64,000 nt of DNA from Eledone cirrhosa. Its lineage: Eukaryota. Every line of letters begins with the position of its first letter. Position 1 is the stretch's first letter. The notes beneath the pieces are model-generated. The model was not told the origin of the DNA and made no database searches. It was given only the letters and a program-made list of their open reading frames with translations. Location of the stretch: contig OZ024747.1 in assembly GCA_964016885.1 (NCBI GenBank), positions 89,280,001 through 89,344,000 of the forward strand, written 5' to 3'. This document shows, in pieces, positions 13,542 through 24,727 of this stretch. A program made the translations under genes and the position numbers.

Positions 13542-15469
13542 CATAAATAACATGGGCAAAAAAATGAAACTAAACAATAACAGCAATAATAATAACAGCA
13601 ACAAGAACATCAACAACTAATGGAAATGTTAGCTGGAAGATGCAACTGTAGTAAAAGAAATGAAAAAAAGTAACTGAAAATCAAACAAAAATAGCCTTCT
13701 AATACTGGAAGAGCATCAAAGTGTCGTGAACAAAAACATTAGTGACAGAACTGTAGTACATTTAAATAGCAGTTTTATTTTATATGCATTAGAGAGAAAG
13801 GATTCTGGGAATTGTAGAAAAAGCTTCAGTTTAACAGAGCATGAAGTGTTGTCACTATTTGTACTAAAATACAGTAAGTTGAGGTGAAGGAAAAAAATTA
13901 GCTAAAAATTTGGAAAACATCTTTTTAAAAAAATGGACTTTCAAATAGAAACCTTCATGTTTTTTTTTTTTTTATATAATCTTATATAAATATAATTTTT
14001 TTTCTGTAGGGATATTGTATATAACTAAAATTGAATAAAAGATGGTTTTATTAAAATTGCAAGCAATCATTTTATTCATTTTAAAGAAAATATTTTTAGA
14101 TTTATTGCAATTTTCCACATTTCTTTGAAACTGCATGAAAATTCTTTGATGTAAATATTTGCCATCTTTAAAGCTTTACATCAAGCTAACCACTCTATTA
14201 AACTCAACTTTTATCTTGAGTTCAGCCAATGATAACGAATAAAATAACTAGATAACCAAGTGGTGAGTTTCTTAAATTGAAATTTCAAGTAATATAGTTG
14301 GTATACCAAGTGAAAATTTAATCACTAGTTTGATAGAATCTTTGGTCATCATCCATGTATAACTATCATGATATAATAACATTTTAGTGGTTCCTATTTA
14401 CTATTGTTTTTGTTTTTCTTGTCACAGTTCTCATCAACATCAGTGTCAGTCTAGAATTTGCTTATGCTTGTTTACTTCAAATGACATGTCGGTATAATTG
14501 CCTATATTTCCATATATACATTCCTTGATTAAAGTTTAGAATTTAACAAATCTATTTTGAAATTTATTTCATTTTATATTAAAGTTGAATATCAAACCAT
14601 GAATCTGTTGCACTAAATATTTTTCTTACTAAAATCTTTCTTTTGTATCAATGTCTGGAACAAGGAATGGTATCAGCTATAAAACAAAAATGTACAGCCA
14701 AAACATTAATCCTGAAGTTCTATATAAGTGAAACTTTTCTAAAACAAATTTACGATTTGACAATAAATATCGAATGTGGGTTTATCAGCTATTTTATTGA
14801 TATTTAAAGAGAGAACTGATGTTCAAAGAGAATATTATTTTGGTAAAAGTCTTCTTTGCATTAATTTTCTGAGACAGATCATAATTATAAAGTGCATTTA
14901 AAAAAGAATTGGTAACCTGTAAAGTAGTTACTAAAAGGAGTTTAAACTCTTAGAACAGAAGTAACTGTGTCAACTGTGCAATTCTGTTAGTATTTGTAAT
15001 ATCAGAATAATATTACTATAACTGGAGCTGATTTAATTAATATATCAAATAAAACTAGTTTGGATAAAGTTACAAAGAGAGCTATATCATAAGTATTATA
15101 GTTATTACTCTAGTAGCGCCATGTTTGTTATTTCCTCCATTAATAAACACATCTACAGTTATTTATTTTATTATAACATCAGAGTATTTCAACATATCTA
15201 AGTCTTCTGTTTATAGCAACTTCTTAACCCTTTTGATACCAACCTGTCTGAAACTGGCCCTGCATTTATAATACAAAACTTCTCATTTTAAAATATTTAT
15301 CCTTATATCAAAAGCTTCCATCATAATTTTATTCCAGACATCAGCTTACTAATGAAAAACTTAAATATTTTTGATTATTTTCATAGTTAATTAAAACATA
15401 TACAAGCAGCCAAAATAGGGTTTCTCCAAAGGGTCTTTGGAGTAAAGTTACTCAATAGAGTGCATAGAT

Positions 15470-15802
15470 TAGAGAGTCACTTCAGGTAGAGCCCCTACTT
15501 CTACAAATTGAGAGATCACAGCACTGATACTATGGACATGTGGTTAGAATGTCTCAGAAAAGAATCGTTGGACAGATTTTATGAGCAAAACCAACCGGCA
15601 GGAGACCCTGTGGTAGACCCTGAGCAAGATGGTTGGATAACATCCTTGAGCTTGGCTGGTCTTGCTTGGGGATCCAGCTGGATCAGTTGGAGATGGTTGC
15701 TTCTGACAGGATCTGCTGGAAGGAGTGTTTGAGGACTCTGTCCCCCACGGTCGTCTCAAGAATAAGTGGACAAAGGAGTAGAAGATGAAGAAGAAGAAGA
15801 AG
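15470..15802 (+). mobile_element. (GAA)n-tailed RTE-like 3' fragment
   Basis: YYGHVVRMSQKRIVGQIL*AKPTGRRPCGRP*ARWLDNILELG..DRICWK. Confidence 0.75.
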
Positions 15803-17509
15803 TGTATTTCATTAGAAATATGGCAATGAACCGATTAACTGATCTCTCCTGATCAGTGAATATTTTGATGATGGCTTTAAAAGAGTAAATATAGAACTTA
15901 ATAAATAACAATGTACAAATAAAATATAGAGTTAATAACTCATATAGATACCCTGCAATTAACAAGCTCAAAGTATAAATACTGAGCATTATAATATTAA
16001 TATGTGGAGAAGTAAACACAGTAAACCCATGTCTAAAATTACGAGGGTAATGTTATATATCATTCAAATGTTATATATCATTCAACCTGAATCATATAGG
16101 ATTTTACAAGACTTCTCATACATACCATATCAATAACCATTTCATCTCCTGGACAGACTAAAGATTTAATCTGTTTCGCCCTGATAAATAACAATGTATG
16201 TATAACAATGTATACAAATAACAATGTATGTATTTATAGATCAGAAAATTTTCTTACACTACTCTTATCAAATCTGTTTCAACACACAATAGCAGTTCAA
16301 ATCTCTTGCTACAAATGTGTAAGAAAAAAATCTCATAAATAAATGAAAATTCTATTCCTGTAAACATGTGTTAAGTAAATATCTTGAGAAATTTTAATGA
16401 AGCAGTTTACATTTTTCCCTTTATTACGACAGTCTATTATAAAGTAATGATTACAATTTAAACAACTTAATTTTAGCAAAATCTCTTAATCAATTAATAA
16501 AAGCATAAAATCTTTTTACCCTAACAGTTATGGTCAATGAGAATTCTTTACAAGCACATATTTCAATAGTTAAAGAATCAGCTTCAAAATTTCACAGGAG
16601 TTTTTATGATATAGGGAAAATTATGAGAAAATGATGGTTACAAAATGGAAGATGATTAAATATTTGTTAAAGTTATTTTATAATTTCCAACTAACTTATT
16701 TGTATATCTCTGTCTATAGTTACTATGCTACTACAATAAAGTCTTTAAGGCCATTTAAAGCCATTTTTTGACATGTCACCAACATGACCATTATACAGCG
16801 TGGGCTGGACACTTTTTGTCATAACTACTTTACAGTGTGTGTTGGGTGCATTTCTTCATGACACCTACATGATCACTATACATTGTTGTGGCACCAAAAT
16901 ATTAATTGTGAATTATTTCTGAGTTGCTTTATATGCATTTACAAGTTACTATTCCTGCAGTATAGAGAATGGCAAATATGATCTGTCTGATGAAATATTG
17001 AATACTGGTTAATTACCTATTATATGTCAAACTCCTTTAGCAAAATGTTATGAATGAAACTGAAAAATTGCTTGGTACAATGCACAAAGCTATTTCAATG
17101 TTGAGAACACTGATCTGTCTGAAGATATGGCTGAAGAACGAATATTTAAAGGATTAGTTCTTTAGAAATGTTTCATATCAATAAATGAAGATAGATTATG
17201 TCTAGACTGCCTGTAGTATCCTTGGTTTGGGAAACAAAAGTTATAACTGATTTGCCAGTTTTGACTTATTCTTATTTGTCACTGAATAACATGGATGCCA
17301 TAACTTACAATATATTCATAGCATTATGGCTGCTGTTACTGTTTGAACATAAATGAAAAGATTTGTGAGCACAAATTGAATATCGAGAATGGGCAAAGCA
17401 TAAATAAATATTTTTAAATATTAGTTTAGCTGTTATTATACAACTATATGCAGAACATGATGAGAAAATGTATTATTTGCTTTTTGATATCAAGCACTCT
17501 ATCTTGATG

Positions 17510-17925
17510 AAACCCACAAAGTAAAAGTGGTCATGTAAGTGTCATGACAAAAACAACCCAGCCCACACTGTAAAGTAGTCATGTAGGTGTCATGACAAAA
17601 ACAACCCAGCCCACACTGTAAAGTAGTCATGTAAGTGTCATGACAAAAACAACCCAGCCCACACTGTAAAGTGGTTGTGTAGATGTCATGACAAAAACCA
17701 CCAAGTCCACACTGTAAAGAGGTTGTGAAGGCGTCATGACAAAAAGCACCCAGCACTCACTGTAAATGGGGTTGGCATTAGGAAGGGCATCCAGCTGTAG
17801 AAACCAGGCCCAAATCAGTTCTGTATGATCAAGACATAGTTACCTGACTTGGCATTGCTTACAACAGGATAACTCGTCTAACCCATGCTAGTGTAGAAAA
17901 ATGGACTTTAAATGATGATGATAAT
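17510..17925 (+). mobile_element. RTE 3'UTR-derived non-autonomous copy with five tandem 48-bp units
   Basis: Units at ~17513, 17562, 17610, 17658, 17706, then aggaagggcatccagc, acccatgctag and (GAT)n tail as in the full-length RTE. Confidence 0.8.
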
Positions 17926-18460
17926 GTAATGAAATGGGGGCTGAATATGGAATATTTCTCTCATCCTGTTTATTATTTTAAGATTTATATAAATAAGATT
18001 TGAAAATAAGGATAGAGTTAAGTAGGTGATTAGTGTAAGATATGCCAATTAGTCTTGTGGTGTAGTCACATGACAAACATGCTCCAGCAAACCCTATACC
18101 AGAGGTGCCAAACTTTTTTACTAGATGTATGTAGATTTCATATTTACATTGGTCTTTCCAATTGCTAATACTATCTGTTGGCTGCAAATCCAGACAGAAG
18201 GAGCTATGTCAAGGACATAATGCATTGCCTGGTCTGGAAATCAAAATCGCAACCTCACGATTGTGAATACAATTCTCTAACCAGTCGGCCACGGGCCTTC
18301 CATATATAGTAATAATAATAAATGTGAAGACTAAAATCCAAAGAGAGCTCGATAAGGATAAATATATAAGAACCCTAGAGCAAATATTTTTTTAGTTTGA
18401 GAAGATCTCATTAAGGGTGTAAGCAGCGATTCTTTGCTTAAACTTTAATTTGTTATTTTA

Positions 18461-18504
<44 letters not shown>

Positions 18505-18540
18505 TACCTTCTTGCTAGCTACCCAACACCCCTCCCCCCA

Positions 18541-18636
18541 CCCCCACGCACCACCATTGCTATTACGTGGACCAATCATAAAACAGAGCCCCCACGCATC
18601 ACCAGTATTATTACGCGGACCAATCAGAAACCAGAG
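18541..18636 (+). promoter_or_regulatory. Putative internal promoter: 2x48-bp tandem repeat, each with a CCAAT box
   Basis: GGACCAATCA at ~18569 and ~18617, matching the NF-Y consensus, inside the LINE 5'UTR. Confidence 0.5.
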
Positions 18637-18690
18637 GCCTATACTATCGCTTGCCTGGTTGCCTTTCGATATACGATATATGATGGATGG

Positions 18691-21600
18691 ATGGACTGCG
18701 GAATCCTGGAGAGTGGAGGTGAGAGAGAAAAATCTGGACGCTCAGCGACAATGCCAAAGATAAAGACAAATTCACCTCTTGGACGAGAATGCGAGCACTC
18801 CTCATTGTTTCGACCGCGGACGGCTAACATAACCCCATCGCCCCCCGCCCCTCACCGCCCCCAACCCCCAAACGCAATCCAAAACTTCAGAGTTGGTACC
18901 ATAAATGTAGGCACCCTAAAGGGTCGCGCTAACGAGGTTGTAGAAATGCTTGAACGTAAGGAGGTCGATGTTTGTTGTATTCAAGAGACCAGGTGGAGGG
19001 GTGGGTCTGCTAGGTTCATTGAGGGTAAAAAACGATGTTATAAGCTTTTCTGGGTGGGAAACGACGATGGGCTGGGTGGAGTAGGAATCATGGTAGCAGA
19101 AAAGTGGGCAGATAAGATAATAGACGTAAATAGAGTGAACGACAGAATAATTAAAATACGACTTGTCCTCAATAGAACTACGGTGACAGTAATATCTGCG
19201 TACGCACCCCAATCCGGACTGCCCGGCACTATAAAAGACAGATTCTATGAGACACTGATGCTAACTACCTCCCAAATATCCGACAGTGACTATATAATTA
19301 TCGCAGGCGACCTAAATGGTCACGTTGGACAACATTGTGACGGCTACGACGAAATCCATGGAGGCTATGGGTTTGGTACTAGAAATGAGGAAGGCGCCAG
19401 AATCCTGGAATTCTGTGATGCAAATAACCTAACTATCTGTAACACTAACTTCAAAAAACGTGACAATCACCTGATCACCTATAGATCCGGGGAACACACA
19501 AGCCAGGTAGATTATATCCTTACCAGAAGACGTGACAGAGTGTCTGTTGTTAACACTAAATCCCTCCCCCATGAAGAATGCACCTCCCAACATAGACTGA
19601 TAATTAGCGACCTCATAGTCAGGACGAGACGTACTCGACAACAGAAGAGGACTATCCTCAGGAGGAAAATATGGAAGCTAAAGGACCCCACAGCCAGGAA
19701 TAAATTTCAAAGCATATTACTTGATGCTTTCGACAGTAAGGAAGAACATTTAGAGTCGGACAATATAGAGGGAGAGTGGGAATTTCTGAAAGCAAACCTG
19801 CTGTTGGCGACAGACGAGGTCTGTGGCTGGAGCAGGCCTGTAGGCAGGAGGAGAGTAACATGGTGGTGGAACAGTAAGGTGGAGGGGTCAATTAAGGCCA
19901 AAAAGCAGGCTTGGAAAGTATGGCGGGATGGGGGAAGTAGAGAGGACTATCAAGTGGCCAGGAGGGAAGCTAGGAGACAAGTGTACTTAGCAAGAAGGGA
20001 AGCTGAGGAAAGAAAGTTCAAGCATGTTCTACAACGCGATGACCAAAAACGTGAGGTGTTCAGGATTGCTAGGCAATGCGTCAAGGAAAACCGTGATATT
20101 GTCGGGGAGAAGTGTGTACTAAACGACGATGGCACACTTGCCATCACCGACGCTGATAAGAAGGTAGCTTGGAAGTGTCACTATGAAAGGCTACTAAATG
20201 AGGAGAATAATTGGGAGAAAGGCAGTCTCCCCCATATCGACCCAATAGAGGGACCAGCAGTGTTAGTCGAGGGGAGTATAATAAGTAAGGCAATCAAGGA
20301 TATGAAGACTGGTAAGGCGGCTGGGCCTTCGGAAATAGTTGCTGAGATGCTGAAGGCATCTGGCACGGTGGGACACACCATGGTCACCCGCATAGTTAAC
20401 CAAGTCGTACAGAATGGGGTTGTTCCGAAGGACTGGCATAGCAGCATCATCGTTAACTGTTATAAGGGTAAAGGAGACGCCCTAGATAGGAGTAACTATA
20501 GAGGCATTAAATTAATCGACCAGGTCATGAAGGTCACGGAAAAAGTAATAGCGCAACTAATCAGAGAGAGAATTGACCTAGATGAAATGCAGTTCGGGTT
20601 TGTGTCAGGCAAAAGTACCACAGACGCTCTTTTCATAGTACGACAACTACAGGAGAAGTACCTAGCTAAAGGTAAACCCCTCTACTTAGCTTTTGTCGAC
20701 TTGGAGAAAGCCTTCGACAGAGTCCCCCGCTCCATTATCTGGTGGGCTCTTAGAAAACTAGGCGTTGACGAATGGCTTGTGAGGGCTATACAAGCCATGT
20801 ATAAAGAAACAGTCAGCAAGGTTAGAATTAACAACGAATATAGTGAAGAGTTTAGCGTAAAAGTTGGCGTCCATCAGGGCTCTGTTCTCAGTCCACTACT
20901 ATTTATTATTGCCCTTCAGGCTATAACAGAGGAGTTCAAGACAGGCTGCCCATGGGAACTCCTATACGCAGACGACCTGACACTCATAGCGGAATCAATG
21001 GCCGAGCTAGAGAAGAAATTCCAAACATGGAAGCACGGCCTAGAGTCAAAAGGACTTAAAATTAACCTGGCTAAGACCAAAGTACTAGTTTGTAGGAAAG
21101 AAAACAAGGCGGCGGTCCCTTCTGGGAAATGGTCGTGCTCGGTGTGTAGGAAAGGCGTAGGTAGAAACTCCATTTTATGTCCTAAATGCAAAGTATGGGT
21201 GCATAAAAGATGTAGTGGGATCACAGGTAAGCTAACTAAGAACATAGATTTTACATGTGGCCGGTGCTCTGGTGCAATAAGTAGCAGCAAGTGCCCACAA
21301 ACTACTAGCTCTTTCAATTGCGCAGAGGGTTCTATAGAAATAGTGGACAGCTTCCGTTACCTGGGCGATAAAATCAGCAGTGGGGGAGGGTGCTCTGAAA
21401 GTACTGTAGCTAGAGTCAGAACTGGTTGGAAAAAGTTCAGAGAGCTTATACCACTATTAGCTGCTAAAGGGTTCTCACTAAAAATGAAAGGCAGGTTGTA
21501 CGATGCCTGCATACGAACAGCAATGCTGCATGGCAGTGAGACCTGGGCATTGTGTGCAGAGGATATACGCAGACTAGAGAGGAACGAAGCTTGCATGCTC

Positions 21601-21921
21601 CGCTGGATGTGTAACAGTAATATACGTGAACGGCAAAGCATAAACGAACTAAGGAAAAAATTAGAGATAAGAGGGATCAGATGTTGTTTACTCGAGAGAA
21701 GGCTACGTTGGTATGGACACGTGATGCGCATGAAAGTCGATAGCTGTATAACAAAGTGCAGGGCAATAAAGATAGACGGTAGTCACGGAATAGGCAGACC
21801 TAGAAAAACCTGGGACGAGCTGATAAACTCCGACATCACACACTTACACCTCTCCAAGACAATGTCACTGGACCGAGACCTTTGGCGGTACTCAGTAACA
21901 GAGAAGACCCGCCTTACCTAA
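18691..21921 (+). CDS. RTE-type endonuclease-reverse transcriptase with internal PHD finger (start may be ATG 18751)
   Basis: APE motifs GTINVGTL, CIQETRW, YAP, GDLNGH, VDYIL, SQH; RT motifs NYRGIKL, QFGF, FVDLEKAFD, GVHQGSVLSPLLF, YADD, FRYLG; RTE C-terminus RLRWYGHV..GRPRKTW..DR.LWR. Confidence 0.95.
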   Translation: MDCGILESGGEREKSGRSATMPKIKTNSPLGRECEHSSLFRPRTANITPSPPAPHRPQPPNAIQNFRVGTINVGTLKGRANEVVEMLERKEVDVCCIQETRWRGGSARFIEGKKRCYKLFWVGNDDGLGGVGIMVAEKWADKIIDVNRVNDRIIKIRLVLNRTTVTVISAYAPQSGLPGTIKDRFYETLMLTTSQISDSDYIIIAGDLNGHVGQHCDGYDEIHGGYGFGTRNEEGARILEFCDANNLTICNTNFKKRDNHLITYRSGEHTSQVDYILTRRRDRVSVVNTKSLPHEECTSQHRLIISDLIVRTRRTRQQKRTILRRKIWKLKDPTARNKFQSILLDAFDSKEEHLESDNIEGEWEFLKANLLLATDEVCGWSRPVGRRRVTWWWNSKVEGSIKAKKQAWKVWRDGGSREDYQVARREARRQVYLARREAEERKFKHVLQRDDQKREVFRIARQCVKENRDIVGEKCVLNDDGTLAITDADKKVAWKCHYERLLNEENNWEKGSLPHIDPIEGPAVLVEGSIISKAIKDMKTGKAAGPSEIVAEMLKASGTVGHTMVTRIVNQVVQNGVVPKDWHSSIIVNCYKGKGDALDRSNYRGIKLIDQVMKVTEKVIAQLIRERIDLDEMQFGFVSGKSTTDALFIVRQLQEKYLAKGKPLYLAFVDLEKAFDRVPRSIIWWALRKLGVDEWLVRAIQAMYKETVSKVRINNEYSEEFSVKVGVHQGSVLSPLLFIIALQAITEEFKTGCPWELLYADDLTLIAESMAELEKKFQTWKHGLESKGLKINLAKTKVLVCRKENKAAVPSGKWSCSVCRKGVGRNSILCPKCKVWVHKRCSGITGKLTKNIDFTCGRCSGAISSSKCPQTTSSFNCAEGSIEIVDSFRYLGDKISSGGGCSESTVARVRTGWKKFRELIPLLAAKGFSLKMKGRLYDACIRTAMLHGSETWALCAEDIRRLERNEACMLRWMCNSNIRERQSINELRKKLEIRGIRCCLLERRLRWYGHVMRMKVDSCITKCRAIKIDGSHGIGRPRKTWDELINSDITHLHLSKTMSLDRDLWRYSVTEKTRLT

Positions 21922-22989
21922 ATATATAGTAAAACCTACTCCAGCCAGTAGGCATCTCTAACAAAATACACCCCGTCCCACCACCACCACCCCCACCCGA
22001 TCCACACCACCCCGTTCTATGTAAAGTTATGTTGGTGCCGCGCCATCGAGGCCGAAACAAATGAGATCGTGTAGGTGTCACGACAAAAAAACACACAGTC
22101 CACGCTGTAATGTGGCCGTGTAGGCAACACGGTAAAAACCTCCCAGACCCACACTGTAAATGTGGTTGGTGTTAGGAAGGGCATCCAACTGTAGAAAACC
22201 TGCCAGACAGTCCTATGCGAGCAAGACAATCACTCTTGCCTCAAGTGGGACTACCCCCGTCCAAACCCATGCAAGCGTGGAACACGGACGTTAAACGTTG
22301 ATGATGATGATGATGATGATGATATATATATATATATATATATGACTTTATACTTCTTGTTTGGTGGTATATCTCAATTAAGCTCTGTGGAAAAGATGGT
22401 AAAAGTATTGCCACAGAAAACAGCAAGAAACACCCACTGCATCAGCCACTCTCCCTCATATGCTCCGTTCGCAGACTTGATTTTTTCCTCCCAATATTGC
22501 AGAGGCGAAAACAGCAGTTTGAGGTTTGAGGGCATGAAGTTTCAAAGGAAGTGATGAATTGCTGGTATTTATATATCTTCCACTCTTCTGTCTCCCAGTT
22601 AGCAGTGCCTGGGTTTATGGCCAAAGTGACATAGCAACCATAGTCATTTTGGTTAATTGCTACAGTTAGTATGCATGTGACAAAACACTGTTTTACTCTC
22701 TCTCTAATTTCTTCACACATCTACGTTCACAATTCAATCTAGCTCTCTTTAAAAGTGTCTTTCTGATGAATCTTACTTACAAATTCAATTACATCTAAAC
22801 ATATCTACATTCCACAAAAGATTTTTTAAATTTTAATATAATGCTAACAATAACATTATGCTTGTTATCAATTTGAAGTGAGAATTCTATATTTCTGAAG
22901 TACTATTATTTCATCACAGGAATTCATTGTATTCCATGGCAAAAATAAATACGAATTAGCAGTCTTGTTTTCCTTGTTGGACACTATTC

Positions 22990-23340
22990 CGGATCTGTCA
23001 ACTCTCCGTGTTCGACAGGGAGATCTCCCACCCACTTCTCTTGTGAAAATGAGTATAGCTTTCATTTGGCAGTTTCGGTATAGGGTTGGATGCCATGCTT
23101 TCCAGCATAGTTACGTCCCTTAACGATCTGAGTTCAAATCCCGCCGAGGTTGACTTTGCCTTTCATCCTTATGGGGTCGATAAAATAAAGTACCAGTAAT
23201 GCACTGGGTAATTGCTGGCCTTGTGCCAAAAAGTAGAAACAATTATGTAAAATCTCCCCATTTTGCCTCATTTCTCCTCGTTTTAGGGCACTTTTTTCCA
23301 TGGTACTCTCCATTTGGGTTTTTAGAGTTTGATAGGTCTG
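22990..23340. mobile_element. MITE split by a family-a SINE (23067-23243)
   Basis: The two halves match the intact copy at 36073-36264; 6-bp direct repeat ctattc on both flanks. Confidence 0.7.
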
Positions 23341-23649
23341 CTATTCCTACAAATACGTTGGGGAAATTGCTTCCTCAACCAACTGACATGGTTTACATCA
23401 TCAACACAACCAATCCAATAGCATTTTTGCTAAATTGATGACCTGGCATTAGAACACACAACCGTCTTTCAACAAACACAGAATGTTTGGAATAGAACTT
23501 TTCACAATCACTGAAGACCCACCAACAAACACACACAATCTTTCTAATCACAGTGTTCTTTCCTTCAAAACATGAGACTTTAAGACACATAAATTTACCC
23601 AGATGAAATCACATTTCATTCTTAACAAGAAAACATACAAGAAATTGAA

Positions 23650-23756
23650 AATTCTTTAGACTGAACTATGTCTACAATTATTCCTGCTACAGCAGCAGCA
23701 GCCGCCGCCGCCATACGCCGCCGCCGCCGCCACCGCCGCCACCGCCGCCGCCGCCG

Positions 23757-23821
<65 letters not shown>

Positions 23822-23848
23822 GCAACAACAACAACAACAACAGCAGCA

Positions 23849-23879
<31 letters not shown>

Positions 23880-24190
23880 AAGCAGCAGCAGCAACAGCAA
23901 ACACAACAACAAAAAAGAAAAACAAAACAAAAAATGACAGCAGCAACAGCATCAATAGAAACAGCAACAACAGCATCAACAGAAACAACAACAACAACAA
24001 CAACAACAACAGCAACAACAACAGCAGCAGCAGCAGCAGCAGCAACAGCATAAGAAACAACAACAGCAACAACAACAGCAGCAACAACATCATCAACAGA
24101 AACAGCAACAACAACAGCACAGCAGCAGCATCAACAGAAACAACAATATCAGCAACAGCAACAACAGCAACAGCAACACGAACAACAAAA
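23650..24190. repeat. Compound (CAG)/(CCG)/(CAA) microsatellite
   Basis: Direct reading. Confidence 0.95.
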
Positions 24191-24689
24191 GCAGTTCTAT
24201 TCAGAATTTGTAATCCACGTGCAATGACAGCAAACAACATGAAAACACAGACAAGCAAATCATACACACATATTCAGAAGAAATTGAAAAGACACACACA
24301 CAAATATATCAACAACTGCTTACGGACACTTATTTTTCCTTCTTAAAAAAAAACAAAAAAAAACTACTGTGATCTAACTATCATTTTTCTAATGTTTTCT
24401 TCTTTTTCATGTATATATTTTTTTCATTTACTGTTATTATTTTTTCTCTCTAATTGTTCTAAATATTTACACTCACCTGCATACACACATCATGTCACAC
24501 ACAAGTCCATAGTTGTTGTATATAATTGTGTTAAGATAGCAACTTGTAGTCATCTAATACAAGCCCTGAATATTTTGCCTATTATAAATAGTAGCAAAAT
24601 TTCCCTCAAATTACACCCAATCATCTTGCATTAGGAATGGACACATTGAACAATATAGTCCCATCCATTCATCCACCCTCTCTCTCTCT

Positions 24690-24699
<10 letters not shown>

Positions 24700-24727
<28 letters not shown>

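Larger units (their letters stand above)
18502..22323 (+). mobile_element. Full-length RTE-clade LINE (subfamily A) inserted in (TA)n
   Basis: ~190-bp 5'UTR, uninterrupted ORF, ~380-bp 3'UTR, (TGA)n tail 22299-22323; (TA)n on both flanks (18465-18501, 22323-22343). Confidence 0.95.

Noticed and set aside
14428-14491. Possible host exon (pyrimidine tract-CAG..GT); similar at 7813-7946
   Set aside because: No recognisable peptide or partner exons; not supportable without RNA data.
18781-18835. HDV-like ribozyme near the RTE 5' end (tcctc..ggctaa); also tried 58880-59093
   Set aside because: Could not build P1/P2/P3 pairings by eye; an RNAMotif search would be needed.
18916-21731. Antisense ORFs within the RTE (also 31608-32315, 47053-47778)
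   Set aside because: Shadow frames of the RT coding strand; no recognisable motifs.
22342-22554. Possible mariner transposase trace (HSPSYAPFADLIF)
   Set aside because: Resemblance to YSPDLAP.DF is too weak and no TIRs were seen.
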